From: Candidatus Latescibacterota bacterium
Lineage (GTDB): Bacteria; Latescibacterota; UBA2968
NCBI GenBank assembly: GCA_965222605.1
Contig: OZ244960.1
Span: 4,160,001-4,224,000 of the forward strand
DNA: 64,000 nt
Reading direction: 5' to 3'
Part shown: piece after piece, positions 30,335-40,445 of the stretch
Numbering within the stretch: position 1 is the first letter of the stretch
Layout of the letters: each line of letters begins with the position of its first letter
Program-made: the position numbers and the translations under genes
The notes under the pieces: model-generated
Seen by the model: the letters and a program-made list of their open reading frames with translations, nothing else
The model's database searches: none
What the model was told of the DNA's origin: nothing

Positions 30335-32950
30335 TCACCGAACCCCAAAGGTCGTTTTTTTTCTAACCTGCACGCCGCTTACCAGATCTTCTACGGTTAC
30401 CTGCACCTCATGGTCGCCTTTTCCAGCTCCGTCGAGGTTCAACTCCACATAAGAGAGGCCGTCTGTGGTATTCCCGGTCTGGTCATAGGTCACGCTCACG
30501 CCCTGTTGCCTCTCTTCTTTTCCCAGCAGACGACCCAGTCCGGCGAGCACGCGGGCACCCCGGCCTTTTTGGTCCTTGGATTGGATGTCATAGGTCACGC
30601 GGTAATGCGTTTGTCCAAATTCATCTCTGCTCAGGTGATAGATTTCAAAATAGAGAAAGGCCGGATGTTTTTCTGGGAATGCCCATACCGACATGGGCAT
30701 TATATTCAATCCTTGCTTGACAAAAACACCTTCTGACGGTGTCTCATCTGAGATTGACCAGGCCAGCTCGATGTCGCTCAAATTCAAGTCGGCTCTGGAA
30801 TAGTCTTCTAATACCACCTGTTGTTTGTAAATCTGAAACCGCCGCGTTTCCGCTTCCCGAACCCGCAGGCCGAGTTCATAAGTTCCCGGCGGTGCTTCTA
30901 TGGCGGCCATATCGAGCACCAGGTTTTGCCATCCTTTGGATGTATCGACTGAGGCTTGTAAAAATGTTTCATTCAGGAAAAATTTTCGCTCGTCCCGGTA
31001 CGTCTGATCCACTTCGGGATCTGTTAGCGCCGCATTGCGTACCACCCATGTGCCTTCCTGTTTTTTTAGAAGTGAATCCGGCGGGATACCGCTGTAGATT
31101 TCCAGGCGCGTGCGCCCATCCTTTCCCTTAAAGCTGGCGGTGCGATACCAGAAATCCAGGGGCTGGGCGCCCCGGGCAAAATCGTGAAAATCGGGAATCC
31201 GTCCGGACATTTTGTTTACCACCAGTTCTGGAGAATGGTACAGAAAATCCGTCAGGTCTCGCACCGCGACATAACGCTCTTTTAATTCATTGGGCACATG
31301 CGTGGGTACGGGGGCAAAATCGAAATTGCCCTGAAAATACTCGTCGGTAAATGTGACCTCCAGTCCCTCGGCGACCATGGTATATACCCAGGATTCCCAG
31401 GGTACTATGCTGGCGTCTTCGCGGTTGGTAACTGGCATGAACAAGCTCATCGCCTGCTCGACAAACCGCTCTTGGCGCACCCGCGACGGCGAGAAGCTCA
31501 GATCGCCCGTGTTCACATCGCCCAGTGCGGCCAGAGTTTGTTCTTGATCCACAATTCGGTTCACCTGGTCGCCTTCACCTGCGTCGGAAGCCTGTACCCG
31601 TTCCGATAACTCAGTGCGTTCGGCATCCTGGGCGTCTTCCAGCAAAAAAATGAGTTGGATCTCATCCGAGGTCAAACCGAGGTCCTGTGGGCCGGGTGCT
31701 TTCGTGCTAAAAGCCCGGTTGCTCCGAACGGGAAATACCGGTCCTGTAAAAAATTCGCCGACTGCGTCCGGTCCGTAGAGATCTACAGCCATCCGCTCCT
31801 TGATGCGCTGTGCCTTGGGCGGCATATCGGCATTTAGACGGTTCGATGTTGACCGATAATCGGGTTCACCGTAACGGATGTACACTTCGCCCCGCCGATC
31901 CCAGGGGTACATCGCTTTTGAAAAATGCGTGCGTACGTGCCAGACCCGGCGGTAGTGCTCTGCCTGGCGCAAAAACCCGCCGGATACGCGCGATAGATCG
32001 TGCCGAATCCAGAAGCGGCGCAGAAATGCCTCGCGCTCTATAGCCGATGCGACTCTGGCATAGGATTCCAGTTCGGGTATGGAAGCCAGTAGCGAAATAT
32101 CCCGGTAAAGTGCCGCCTCTGTGGCATCGAGAAGTGCGATGTAATTCCGAAAAATGCGTACGGCCCGTTCGCCATCGCCTTCATAGAGAAAGACTTGGGC
32201 TATCAGAGGCAAAAAACGACGTGTTTCTGCTGCGTGGCTCAAACGAATCAACAGGTCTCGCAACTCGGCAAAGCGTTCGTTCATGGCATAAATTACCCCC
32301 AACTGGTAAGCCGTATTCAAGTCTTCGAGATCCCACTGTACACAGCGTTCGTATAGTTTGATCACCCGGCCCCACTCATCTTTTTTTGCATGGTGTTCCG
32401 CCATGATTTTGCAGGCTGTAACATCCGTAGAGTCGCGCTTTAGTACCCGTTCGGCAGCCCGTTTCAAAGACCGGTTCTCTTTCATGAGTCGCACGAGATC
32501 GAGATGATAGAGAATTTTTTGCGATGCGGGTGTCAGAGATAGTGCCTTTTCAAAATGCGCCCTGGCTCCGTGGATATCTTTCTTGTCGTAGAGCGCGATC
32601 AGCCCCAGCCCGTCGTGCGCTTCTGCCAAATTAGGGTTCAAAGCCAGCGCGCGGTCAAATGCCTGCCTGGCTTTTTTCCATTGCTTTTTTCGCTCGTGGG
32701 ATTCCAGATATGCCGTACCCAGACGGGCGTAGCCTTCGGCCAATTCCGGATCCAGGCGTACAGCCTCCTGCAACAGATCTATCGCGTGCCGCGCGTCGTT
32801 CATTTCAATCCGCACATCGGCAGCCAGTATCAGAGAATCCGACCGGGTCATCAGGGTTATGAAGGACTGTTCTGCCTTTGCTCCGCATGCAATCAGGACG
32901 AAGTATATGGGAATTAGTCGAATCGCAAAAAACTGTACGTGATTTTTCAT
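30335..32950 (-). CDS. TPR + GWxTD-domain secreted protein (paralog 2)
   Basis: TPRs; EHYRRV...PWDRRGEVYIRYGEPD; FLYFEIYHLSRDEFGQTHY. Confidence 0.8.
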   Translation of the reverse strand: MKNHVQFFAIRLIPIYFVLIACGAKAEQSFITLMTRSDSLILAADVRIEMNDARHAIDLLQEAVRLDPELAEGYARLGTAYLESHERKKQWKKARQAFDRALALNPNLAEAHDGLGLIALYDKKDIHGARAHFEKALSLTPASQKILYHLDLVRLMKENRSLKRAAERVLKRDSTDVTACKIMAEHHAKKDEWGRVIKLYERCVQWDLEDLNTAYQLGVIYAMNERFAELRDLLIRLSHAAETRRFLPLIAQVFLYEGDGERAVRIFRNYIALLDATEAALYRDISLLASIPELESYARVASAIEREAFLRRFWIRHDLSRVSGGFLRQAEHYRRVWHVRTHFSKAMYPWDRRGEVYIRYGEPDYRSTSNRLNADMPPKAQRIKERMAVDLYGPDAVGEFFTGPVFPVRSNRAFSTKAPGPQDLGLTSDEIQLIFLLEDAQDAERTELSERVQASDAGEGDQVNRIVDQEQTLAALGDVNTGDLSFSPSRVRQERFVEQAMSLFMPVTNREDASIVPWESWVYTMVAEGLEVTFTDEYFQGNFDFAPVPTHVPNELKERYVAVRDLTDFLYHSPELVVNKMSGRIPDFHDFARGAQPLDFWYRTASFKGKDGRTRLEIYSGIPPDSLLKKQEGTWVVRNAALTDPEVDQTYRDERKFFLNETFLQASVDTSKGWQNLVLDMAAIEAPPGTYELGLRVREAETRRFQIYKQQVVLEDYSRADLNLSDIELAWSISDETPSEGVFVKQGLNIMPMSVWAFPEKHPAFLYFEIYHLSRDEFGQTHYRVTYDIQSKDQKGRGARVLAGLGRLLGKEERQQGVSVTYDQTGNTTDGLSYVELNLDGAGKGDHEVQVTVEDLVSGVQVRKKTTFGVR

Positions 32951-32957
32951 TGCGCCC

Positions 32958-35387
32958 TCACTCGATCTCTTTCGGTATTTGCAATTTAAAGCTCGTGGTT
33001 TTGGTCACTTTTTGCCCGTCTCTGTGGTCCATTGCGGCCACTTCGATGATGTATTCCCCCGGTTCGGAACCAGATAGGTCAAGTGCCAGATAGTTGACCA
33101 CGTTGCTGGCATCGCCCGTCTGGTCATAAGAAATCGCAATCTGCTCATCGTTTTGGTCTATACCCACCAGTTTTCCCAGGCCACTGAGTACCTTTGCACC
33201 AAACGACTGTCCAGAACGCGGCTTCAAGCGGTAGGAGATCTGGTAATTTGTCTGTCCGAACGCATCCCGGCTCAAGCCATAAATTTCATAATAAATATAG
33301 ACCAGATGTTGCTGTGTATAAAGCCGCGTAGCCAGCGGAATGACTTCCAAATTTTGTTTGACAAAGAGTCCGTCTTTGGAGGTCTGTTCAATTGACGCCG
33401 CCATCTCGATATCGCTCAGCCTGAGCCTACCCTGCCGATAAGACGGAACCCGCAAGGGCATCCCATAGACTTGCGTGCGTCCAGACCGCTCTTCGATGGC
33501 CTGTACAGCGAGATAGTACGATCCAGGTTTTACATCCAGTGCGATTATATCGGGAATGATCCCGGTTTTTCCATCTACCCGCAGTACTACTCGTTTTGCT
33601 GCTTTGAATACCGGATCGCCCTTTGCATTGTAGAGAACGGCACCCCGGTGCAGCCGAATTTCCCCTGCTTCCCGCGTCAATGCGGAGGCGGGAAACCCGT
33701 AGTAGATCTCTACGCGCGTGCTGTCGCCCAGTCCTCGAAATGTGGCGGGATAGGCCGCATAATACAGCGGTTCGGCGAGAAATGCCGGTACATAGATCTC
33801 TCTGGGAGCCTGGCTTATAATTTGTTCGGGAATGAGAGGCCCCCACAGGTGGCGCATTTTGGTCGCCATTTCCGCGGGCAATACGGCGTAATCGAAAACG
33901 CCATCGGGCGCGCCGGGCATCTGGCGAAATACGATTTCGACGCCTTCTCCCAACCCCGGATAGATCCAGTATTCCCACGCCCGGCGATCCTGGATCGGAA
34001 AGATGGGACGTCCCAGAAAAATACCCAGTCCCCCTATGGCCATTGCCGATTCGGCTCGTTTTCGGATCTGTTCGCTTTTTTGATTACGCTCAGATGATCG
34101 GCTGTACAACCGCTGGAATTGCCTGTCCAGTTGACGTTGTGCTCGTTCTGCTCCGGCTCCGCGATGGGTCAGGCTGTCGCCATCAGAGGCGGCGTAATCC
34201 GATAGCAGTATTTCGGCGGCCCAATCTACGCGGTCTAATAACCGTTGCTTGATGGCCCAGTCTTTGGGATGGGATTCGCGCCGCCGATCCCTGGACGCGC
34301 TTTTGTGGGATGGCGTGCCGTAGCGCACGTAGATTTCGCCCCGTCGATCCCAGGGAAAAACCGTCGATCCGAAATGTTCCCGCGCATAAGCCACCCGTCG
34401 AAAGTGTTCGACCCGTCGTTCGTTGACTTCTGTAATCGGCGTGGGGTCTCGCCTTTTCCAGAAACGGTTCAGAAATGCCTGCCGATCTCTGCCCGTTGCC
34501 TGTCTAAAAGCCTCTGTTTCCCCTTCTGAGGCAAACAGAGAAATATCTTCATAAGGCATCCGCTCCCTGGTGCTCAGGCCGCTTAGATAGGTTTCGAAAA
34601 GGGTCTCGGCTTTTTCGTAATTTTTTCGTTCCAGATAGACTTCGGCGAGTTCCAACATGTATTGCCGCTGGTTTGTGCCCTGAGTCTGCATGAGCCGCGA
34701 CAAGGTGCGCGCGGCTTGATCTGTGCGGGATAGGGTTCGATAGAGTTGTCCCAGCCGCCACATGGCGTCCTTATGTGCGGGATTGATCGCCAGTTGTTTT
34801 TCGTAAAATTCAATTGCGTCTTCTTTTTTTAGTAGATCATTTTCATGCATAAATCCCAGGCGGTAATACGCATCTGGGTGGTTTGGGGCCATTTCGACCA
34901 CTCGTTCAAAAGCCCTGATGGCGTCGCGATTCATCAAATTCAGATGCGTCAGGCCAATATGGTACTGGGCTTCTACATAATCGGGCTTTTCAGCCAGGGC
35001 ACGGCAAAAATAATCAATTGCACGCACCCATTGACCTTTCTCACGGGCATAGGCCAGTCCCATGCCGAAGTAGGCTTCGGGCATTTTTCGCTGGTATTTT
35101 TCCGCATTTCGAAAGGCTTTCCTGGCTCTGTTAGGCTGATCCTGAGTCAGATACACATGCCCCAATCCACAGTGGGTTGGGGCATGTTTTTTATTTGCTT
35201 TTAGAGACTGCTCAAACAAAATTTTTGCGCGGTCTATTTCCCCTGCTTTGAGTGCCTGATCACCCAGTAGATAGAGAGAGTCCGCAGCAGAAGGATCCGC
35301 CAAAATTGGTACAGCCGTCCAGAATATCCCAAAATTCAGGGCGAGTGCAATGCGCCCAATATGCCAGCCTAATTTCGACATATTCAT
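32958..35387 (-). CDS. TPR + GWxTD-domain secreted protein (paralog 3)
   Basis: FWKRRDPTP.T.VNERRVEHFRRVAYA...PWDRRGEIYVRYG. Confidence 0.82.
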   Translation of the reverse strand: MNMSKLGWHIGRIALALNFGIFWTAVPILADPSAADSLYLLGDQALKAGEIDRAKILFEQSLKANKKHAPTHCGLGHVYLTQDQPNRARKAFRNAEKYQRKMPEAYFGMGLAYAREKGQWVRAIDYFCRALAEKPDYVEAQYHIGLTHLNLMNRDAIRAFERVVEMAPNHPDAYYRLGFMHENDLLKKEDAIEFYEKQLAINPAHKDAMWRLGQLYRTLSRTDQAARTLSRLMQTQGTNQRQYMLELAEVYLERKNYEKAETLFETYLSGLSTRERMPYEDISLFASEGETEAFRQATGRDRQAFLNRFWKRRDPTPITEVNERRVEHFRRVAYAREHFGSTVFPWDRRGEIYVRYGTPSHKSASRDRRRESHPKDWAIKQRLLDRVDWAAEILLSDYAASDGDSLTHRGAGAERAQRQLDRQFQRLYSRSSERNQKSEQIRKRAESAMAIGGLGIFLGRPIFPIQDRRAWEYWIYPGLGEGVEIVFRQMPGAPDGVFDYAVLPAEMATKMRHLWGPLIPEQIISQAPREIYVPAFLAEPLYYAAYPATFRGLGDSTRVEIYYGFPASALTREAGEIRLHRGAVLYNAKGDPVFKAAKRVVLRVDGKTGIIPDIIALDVKPGSYYLAVQAIEERSGRTQVYGMPLRVPSYRQGRLRLSDIEMAASIEQTSKDGLFVKQNLEVIPLATRLYTQQHLVYIYYEIYGLSRDAFGQTNYQISYRLKPRSGQSFGAKVLSGLGKLVGIDQNDEQIAISYDQTGDASNVVNYLALDLSGSEPGEYIIEVAAMDHRDGQKVTKTTSFKLQIPKEIE

Positions 35388-35405
35388 GACAAATCGCCTG
35401 TGTAT

Positions 35406-37148
35406 TTACTTCGCCAATGGGCCCGTGGGTGCCTCTTTGCTGTAAAGCGCGCTTCCCCGTTCATAGGATACTGCCACCTGTCCGTTTTCCACCTGTAAGC
35501 GGGGTACATTACTTGTGCCCACATCGCGGTCCGGTCCTCTCATTACAGCGAGTTGTGCATCGCTCATGCCCGCTGCCAGATCGCCCCATCGGCTTTCTGG
35601 ATGTACCATTTCGCCTCCGCTCCGATGGTAGTTCCGGGACGTGTATTTGATCAGAATCCCCCGTCTCGGGATCGGGTTTTTCCAGGCCAGAGCACCGTGG
35701 GTCGTCGCCCCATCCCCAAAAAAGAGCACGTCGCCCGCCTTCATCGCCGGCTGCGCCACAAGCCCCATATCGTCGTCGCAGGTGCGGATGCCCGGCGGCA
35801 TGGGATAAAACGCTTTGTGGGAGCCCGGTACACAGGCGAACCCTCCCAGCCCGGGTTCCACGTCTCGAAGTTGCCAGGCCACTGTCACTGCCTGATCGTA
35901 ACTGCGCCCGTTTTGGAAAACATAACCCATCGGCGGATAGAGCGGTTCGTTGTTGCTGTGCAGCGAGTGTCCGCTGCCGCCCAGAACCGAGCAAAATGCC
36001 GTGGCGCCTCCGCACCGCCCTCCACTGGTGCCCATCCAGTTCAAGCGATGCTCGACAACCGGATGCGCAATCATCCGCCGGAATAGCTCGCAATATGGAT
36101 CTGGCAATTCGAGCAATCCCGACAAGAGGGGTCTCCCCGTGCCAGCCAGACTCTTTGACCCCCGCGCCAGTTCCTCACCCACCACAATCCGCTCTTCAAA
36201 TTTATCGATGGCCTCGTTGGCCTTCGCCAGCCATTCTTCGTCCATTACGCCGCGCAGTACCAGATATCCGTTCAAATCCCAGAAATAGAATTCCTTGTAA
36301 TCAATTCCCGAATCCGGGTCCAGTTTGTAAATTGAGGGATGAAATATCTTGCGCGACTCGTCCATATTTACCGTTTTTCCATCTGTCACAATGGTCGGTG
36401 CAGGTGTCGTTGATTTGTAACCCGGCTTGTAAAGCGATGCGCGCTGCTCCGCGCTTAACTGATCGTGCCATTCTGGATGTGGCTCTTCCTTAGTTTTTGG
36501 ACCTGTTCCGGCAGACCGGATCACCCCTCTGCCCACGTATTCATAAGATAGCAATCGTTGCTGACCCGCTCCCTGCCACGGGCGCATTCCCTGCAATGCC
36601 GATAGTGCCACAATCAGCAAATCCCCCGCCTTCAGAACGGGCTGGAATGTCAATCCCATATCGTCTTCGCCCGTGGTCACATCTTCCGGCGATACCACAT
36701 TGCTCTTGTGCGAGCACGGTAGCAGCACGAAGCCCCCATCCCCTTCATTCACATCTTCCAGTGCCCAGATCACGCGCACGCCTTCGCTATAACGCCGACC
36801 GTTCTGGTGGTAATACGCAATGCCCGGCATTCTCGGTTCATTGCCGCCTACCAGTGGTGCTCTGGTGTCGCAGGTCGCATCGCAAAAAATTTTAGGCTCC
36901 CGATCCAGGCGGAAGCCGTGTCCTACAATTTGATTCAGATACCATACCAAGTGCGGATGGACGAGTAGATCCCTAAACGGTTCTTTCAACTCGCCTTCCC
37001 ATCCCAGCATTCCCGATAGTTGGTCGGCTTTGTCAATGGCCTGGTTTAGCTGTTCGACTTCGCCGCGGTTCAACACGCCCGGCACATGGAGATAGCCGGC
37101 AATATCAAAACAGTAATTCTCTTCGTTGCTCATGAGTTCCTGATCCAT
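35406..37148 (-). CDS. tandem two-domain phytanoyl-CoA dioxygenase (PhyH)-family protein
   Basis: Two 'FD..GYL....V' starts, two 'GGF...P.SHK' and two 'KAGD' motifs. Confidence 0.8.
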   Translation of the reverse strand: MDQELMSNEENYCFDIAGYLHVPGVLNRGEVEQLNQAIDKADQLSGMLGWEGELKEPFRDLLVHPHLVWYLNQIVGHGFRLDREPKIFCDATCDTRAPLVGGNEPRMPGIAYYHQNGRRYSEGVRVIWALEDVNEGDGGFVLLPCSHKSNVVSPEDVTTGEDDMGLTFQPVLKAGDLLIVALSALQGMRPWQGAGQQRLLSYEYVGRGVIRSAGTGPKTKEEPHPEWHDQLSAEQRASLYKPGYKSTTPAPTIVTDGKTVNMDESRKIFHPSIYKLDPDSGIDYKEFYFWDLNGYLVLRGVMDEEWLAKANEAIDKFEERIVVGEELARGSKSLAGTGRPLLSGLLELPDPYCELFRRMIAHPVVEHRLNWMGTSGGRCGGATAFCSVLGGSGHSLHSNNEPLYPPMGYVFQNGRSYDQAVTVAWQLRDVEPGLGGFACVPGSHKAFYPMPPGIRTCDDDMGLVAQPAMKAGDVLFFGDGATTHGALAWKNPIPRRGILIKYTSRNYHRSGGEMVHPESRWGDLAAGMSDAQLAVMRGPDRDVGTSNVPRLQVENGQVAVSYERGSALYSKEAPTGPLAK

Positions 37149-37270
37149 TTCGAACCCCCTCAGGTTGGAAATCGCGGTTGGCTGCGTCTATTGGCAAAAT
37201 CGAGAAAGCCAATTATTAATCAGTCTAAAACATGAGTTAAATTATATTAAAAAACAAGAAAAATCCCACT

Positions 37271-38332
37271 CTAATCGGGTACTTCCACGATATAAATCTG
37301 GCTGCTACCGGTTTGATCCGACGTATAGATGACCCGTTTTCCATCGGGGCTGAACGACGGGTGCGGGTGAGACCACTGGGGTCCATAGGTATCGGCCTGG
37401 ACTTTGTCATCGTCCGCGGGCACTGTTTCGGCCCACTGCGTTCCCCCATTGGAACTGCGCGGATAGCACAGGGTTTCGTGTTCACCCGTTTCTGGATTGA
37501 TCAGTTGCAGCCCGATGTCTGGACATGTGGTATCGCACACAATGCGCGATCCATCTGGACTGGGCGATGGATGCCAGGTATTGAAATCAGCGATTTTTCG
37601 ATCTTTGTCTTCGCCCACCCGAATGCCACGCAACGCATAAGGCCAGTGTACGAAGATGACTTCGTCGGTGTGCCCCAGGAATGTCTCGTGGGTAATCCAC
37701 ACCGATTTGTCGTGTTCGAACAGCGGGCGCTCGCCGCTCCCATCAATTCGCACTTCCCACATCCGCTGATTGACATCGCTGGAATACAGAATGAGGTCCG
37801 GATCAGTCGGGCAGACCTGCACATGGCCCACAGCGCGCGGGGGTTTGTGCACGACCCGGTGTCCCGATCCGTCTGTGTTCACCGCCACCACCGCCGAATG
37901 TCCGTTGTGCTGCAACGAGGTTACCAGCCGTTCTCCGTCTGCCGAGAGGCTGCATCCACCCACGCGGCCTTCGCCAAAATCGGCCAGGATGGATTCCTCC
38001 AGTGTTTCGATATCTACGGCTCGAACTTGTCCACCTGTGTTGTAAAACACCTGGTTTCCATCTTTGGCCGGGCAAGCGGAAAACCCACCGAATCCCTCCG
38101 CGTCGGTCAATTGCGTCATTTCTCCGCTGTTCTCATCCATTTTGAAGAGGTTGGGGTGTCCAGAGCGATACGAGGTGAATACAGTGGTTTTTCCATCCGG
38201 CATCCAGGATGGATTTGAAAAGTACAGGTTGTGGCTGATCGCGGGGTGATCCGTCATTTGTCGGATTAATGCACCCGTTTTTTCGTCTGTTAGAGCTTTT
38301 GCTTCGGAAGAATACGTCTGTCCTTTTGCCAT
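37271..38332 (-). CDS. oligogalacturonate lyase (PL22)-like beta-propeller
   Basis: MAKG start, 'HNLYF....W..DG', 'THETF', 'SHPHPSFSPDG..V.YTSD..G..QIY'. Confidence 0.75.
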   Translation of the reverse strand: MAKGQTYSSEAKALTDEKTGALIRQMTDHPAISHNLYFSNPSWMPDGKTTVFTSYRSGHPNLFKMDENSGEMTQLTDAEGFGGFSACPAKDGNQVFYNTGGQVRAVDIETLEESILADFGEGRVGGCSLSADGERLVTSLQHNGHSAVVAVNTDGSGHRVVHKPPRAVGHVQVCPTDPDLILYSSDVNQRMWEVRIDGSGERPLFEHDKSVWITHETFLGHTDEVIFVHWPYALRGIRVGEDKDRKIADFNTWHPSPSPDGSRIVCDTTCPDIGLQLINPETGEHETLCYPRSSNGGTQWAETVPADDDKVQADTYGPQWSHPHPSFSPDGKRVIYTSDQTGSSQIYIVEVPD

Positions 38333-38350
38333 GTCTGATGCCTCCATTGA

Positions 38351-39550
38351 TCATCGCTTTGGAAAGAACACATCCACACACGCTTCCACATCAAATGGGT
38401 CGCATCCGTAATCCCGTTCAAATTTCTCGAGGTGTTCTATTTCATGTATCGTCGGTTCTTTCAAAGGTAGATCCACCGGTTTTCGTCCAATGCGTCCGGA
38501 TTCTTCTACTGCGACCTGGACCTCGATATCTCGTCGCGCCCTTTGCGCGTCGTAACGCGTGGGCAGATTTTCCCGAACTGCCCGTGCAATGCTGTCCATT
38601 TCTTCTACAATCGCCAACCGTCCCGGCGATGTTTTGTATTGGGGCCATGGATTTTCCCATACCAGCGCGGGATCGGTTTCGATTATCATTCGCTCCAGCA
38701 CATGCACCCCGTCCATTTCGCGCGTTTCCGTGCGGATGGGGTAAGCGGTGGCTCGTCCTCCGCTCAACCGCTGTGCTTGCGTGGTTATATGTACTTCATT
38801 TTCCACAATGGTTCCGGTTGTGCCATCCACCTGGAATAATGTCTGGCTTTTCCGCCCGAGTGCTCGACCGTGATAAATCGAGGAATAGGACATTATCGCC
38901 AGAGCGCCATTCTCAAACTCGACGAGGTCCATTGTCCAGTGTTCGGTGGTAAATTGCCGAATTTCGCTCACATTCACACGCGGGATTGGCGAATTCATCA
39001 CCAATCCCGTTACCCGAATGGGCACTGCATCGCCCACCATCATCCGCACGCTGCTTACGATGTGATAGCCGCCGGTCTGAAATAGGGCAAAAACTCGCAG
39101 TACGTCTCCTATAGCCCCGGCGTCGATGGCTTGCCGCTTGATCAAATGAAGCGGGTCTCGGCAATATTGTTCTGCTACTTCGAGTTTTACGCCACTGCGG
39201 GCTACCGCGTCGATCAACACATCTGTGGTTTGCAGGGTTGGTGAAATGGGGGTTTCTACGATCAGATTTACACCCTGCTGGGCCAGATATGCACCGATGA
39301 CGTGGTGAGAGTCGGCCGGTGTGCTTACCGCCGCAATGTCCAGTTCTTCCTGTGCGACCAGGTCCTGTACCCGCGAATAAGCGGGCACGCCGTGTTCGGT
39401 GCCTATTTTTCGCGCTTTTTCTCCATCTACATCGCATACCGCCGCCAGTTCGAATACATCTGACATCAACAAGATTGCCGGGAGTCGCACCCCCAGCCCG
39501 CGGCCACCGCATCCCACGAGGGCGATTCTCAATTTTTCTTTTTCGGTCAT
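38351..39550 (-). CDS. Gfo/Idh/MocA-family oxidoreductase
   Basis: 'LRIALVGCGGRG' Rossmann motif, 'STP..SH', 'IVETPI', 'VAEQY'. Confidence 0.85.
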   Translation of the reverse strand: MTEKEKLRIALVGCGGRGLGVRLPAILLMSDVFELAAVCDVDGEKARKIGTEHGVPAYSRVQDLVAQEELDIAAVSTPADSHHVIGAYLAQQGVNLIVETPISPTLQTTDVLIDAVARSGVKLEVAEQYCRDPLHLIKRQAIDAGAIGDVLRVFALFQTGGYHIVSSVRMMVGDAVPIRVTGLVMNSPIPRVNVSEIRQFTTEHWTMDLVEFENGALAIMSYSSIYHGRALGRKSQTLFQVDGTTGTIVENEVHITTQAQRLSGGRATAYPIRTETREMDGVHVLERMIIETDPALVWENPWPQYKTSPGRLAIVEEMDSIARAVRENLPTRYDAQRARRDIEVQVAVEESGRIGRKPVDLPLKEPTIHEIEHLEKFERDYGCDPFDVEACVDVFFPKR

Positions 39551-39596
39551 GGCGGTCCTTCCTGGGTTGATAGGTATGCGCCTGTGTGTAATTGAC

Positions 39597-40445
39597 CTAT
39601 GGCGGTTGCCGCGGCGGTATTGGCTGAATAATTTTTCTCTGTTCGGAGGTCAATCGCTCCAATAGTTCTTCCGACGGGACGTAGTGAAACCGCGTGCGGA
39701 TGAATCGCGGGGAATACCGATAGACCACGGTGCGGCGGTACCCTTTTTTTGTGCGCTCGGCTGATCCATGTGAGATTGCGTCTGTGAAAAATAGCGCGTC
39801 GCCCGCTTTCATGTACATTTCTTTCATTCCTACGGCAGTTCCAGCGGGTTCTTTCCCATAACTCACTTTTCCCTCGCCATCTACCAGTAACCTGGGGTGT
39901 ACTTCTGTGCTTTTATGGCTACCGGGTATCAGGACTGTTGGTCCGTCTCCCGGTTCTATATCCGTCAATGCTACCAGCACGTTGATCTGGCCCACCATCC
40001 ACGCGCCTGTGTTGTGTTGCCGAAAGGTGAGATAACACAAGGGCGCGTGACCGCCACAGTGGATATTGATGAATCCGCCGGATCCGCGTACGGTTAAAAA
40101 GTTTTCGTGGATCGATATGCCGTTTACTTCGGCGTTGATATAACGCCTGGCCAGATCAATCCAGGATGGGTGATCAATTAATCGTTCGAATACGGCTCCG
40201 GCTTCGATGATGTTCTGAAAATTCAATCCGTCTTTTTCGCCGTAGGTATGCGTTTCTACATGGCCGATCCACGCGCCCGAATCGTCACTCGCACCCCGAC
40301 GCCTTTTGCCATCCACATATTCCCAATGAGCATCTACCCATTGGTTCATTTCCCGCACATCCTTCTCGGATACCGCGTTTTCCAGGTGCAAATAACCCTG
40401 CAAGTCGAACAGATAATCCTGTAATCTCTGGTCTGAATTAGCCAT
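39597..40445 (-). CDS. PhyH-family Fe(II)/2-oxoglutarate enzyme with HxG motif
   Basis: Start MANSDQ at 40445; YLFDLQGYL, IHCGG, LIPGSHKS, AISHGS, RRTVVYRY. Confidence 0.82.
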   Translation of the reverse strand: MANSDQRLQDYLFDLQGYLHLENAVSEKDVREMNQWVDAHWEYVDGKRRRGASDDSGAWIGHVETHTYGEKDGLNFQNIIEAGAVFERLIDHPSWIDLARRYINAEVNGISIHENFLTVRGSGGFINIHCGGHAPLCYLTFRQHNTGAWMVGQINVLVALTDIEPGDGPTVLIPGSHKSTEVHPRLLVDGEGKVSYGKEPAGTAVGMKEMYMKAGDALFFTDAISHGSAERTKKGYRRTVVYRYSPRFIRTRFHYVPSEELLERLTSEQRKIIQPIPPRQPP

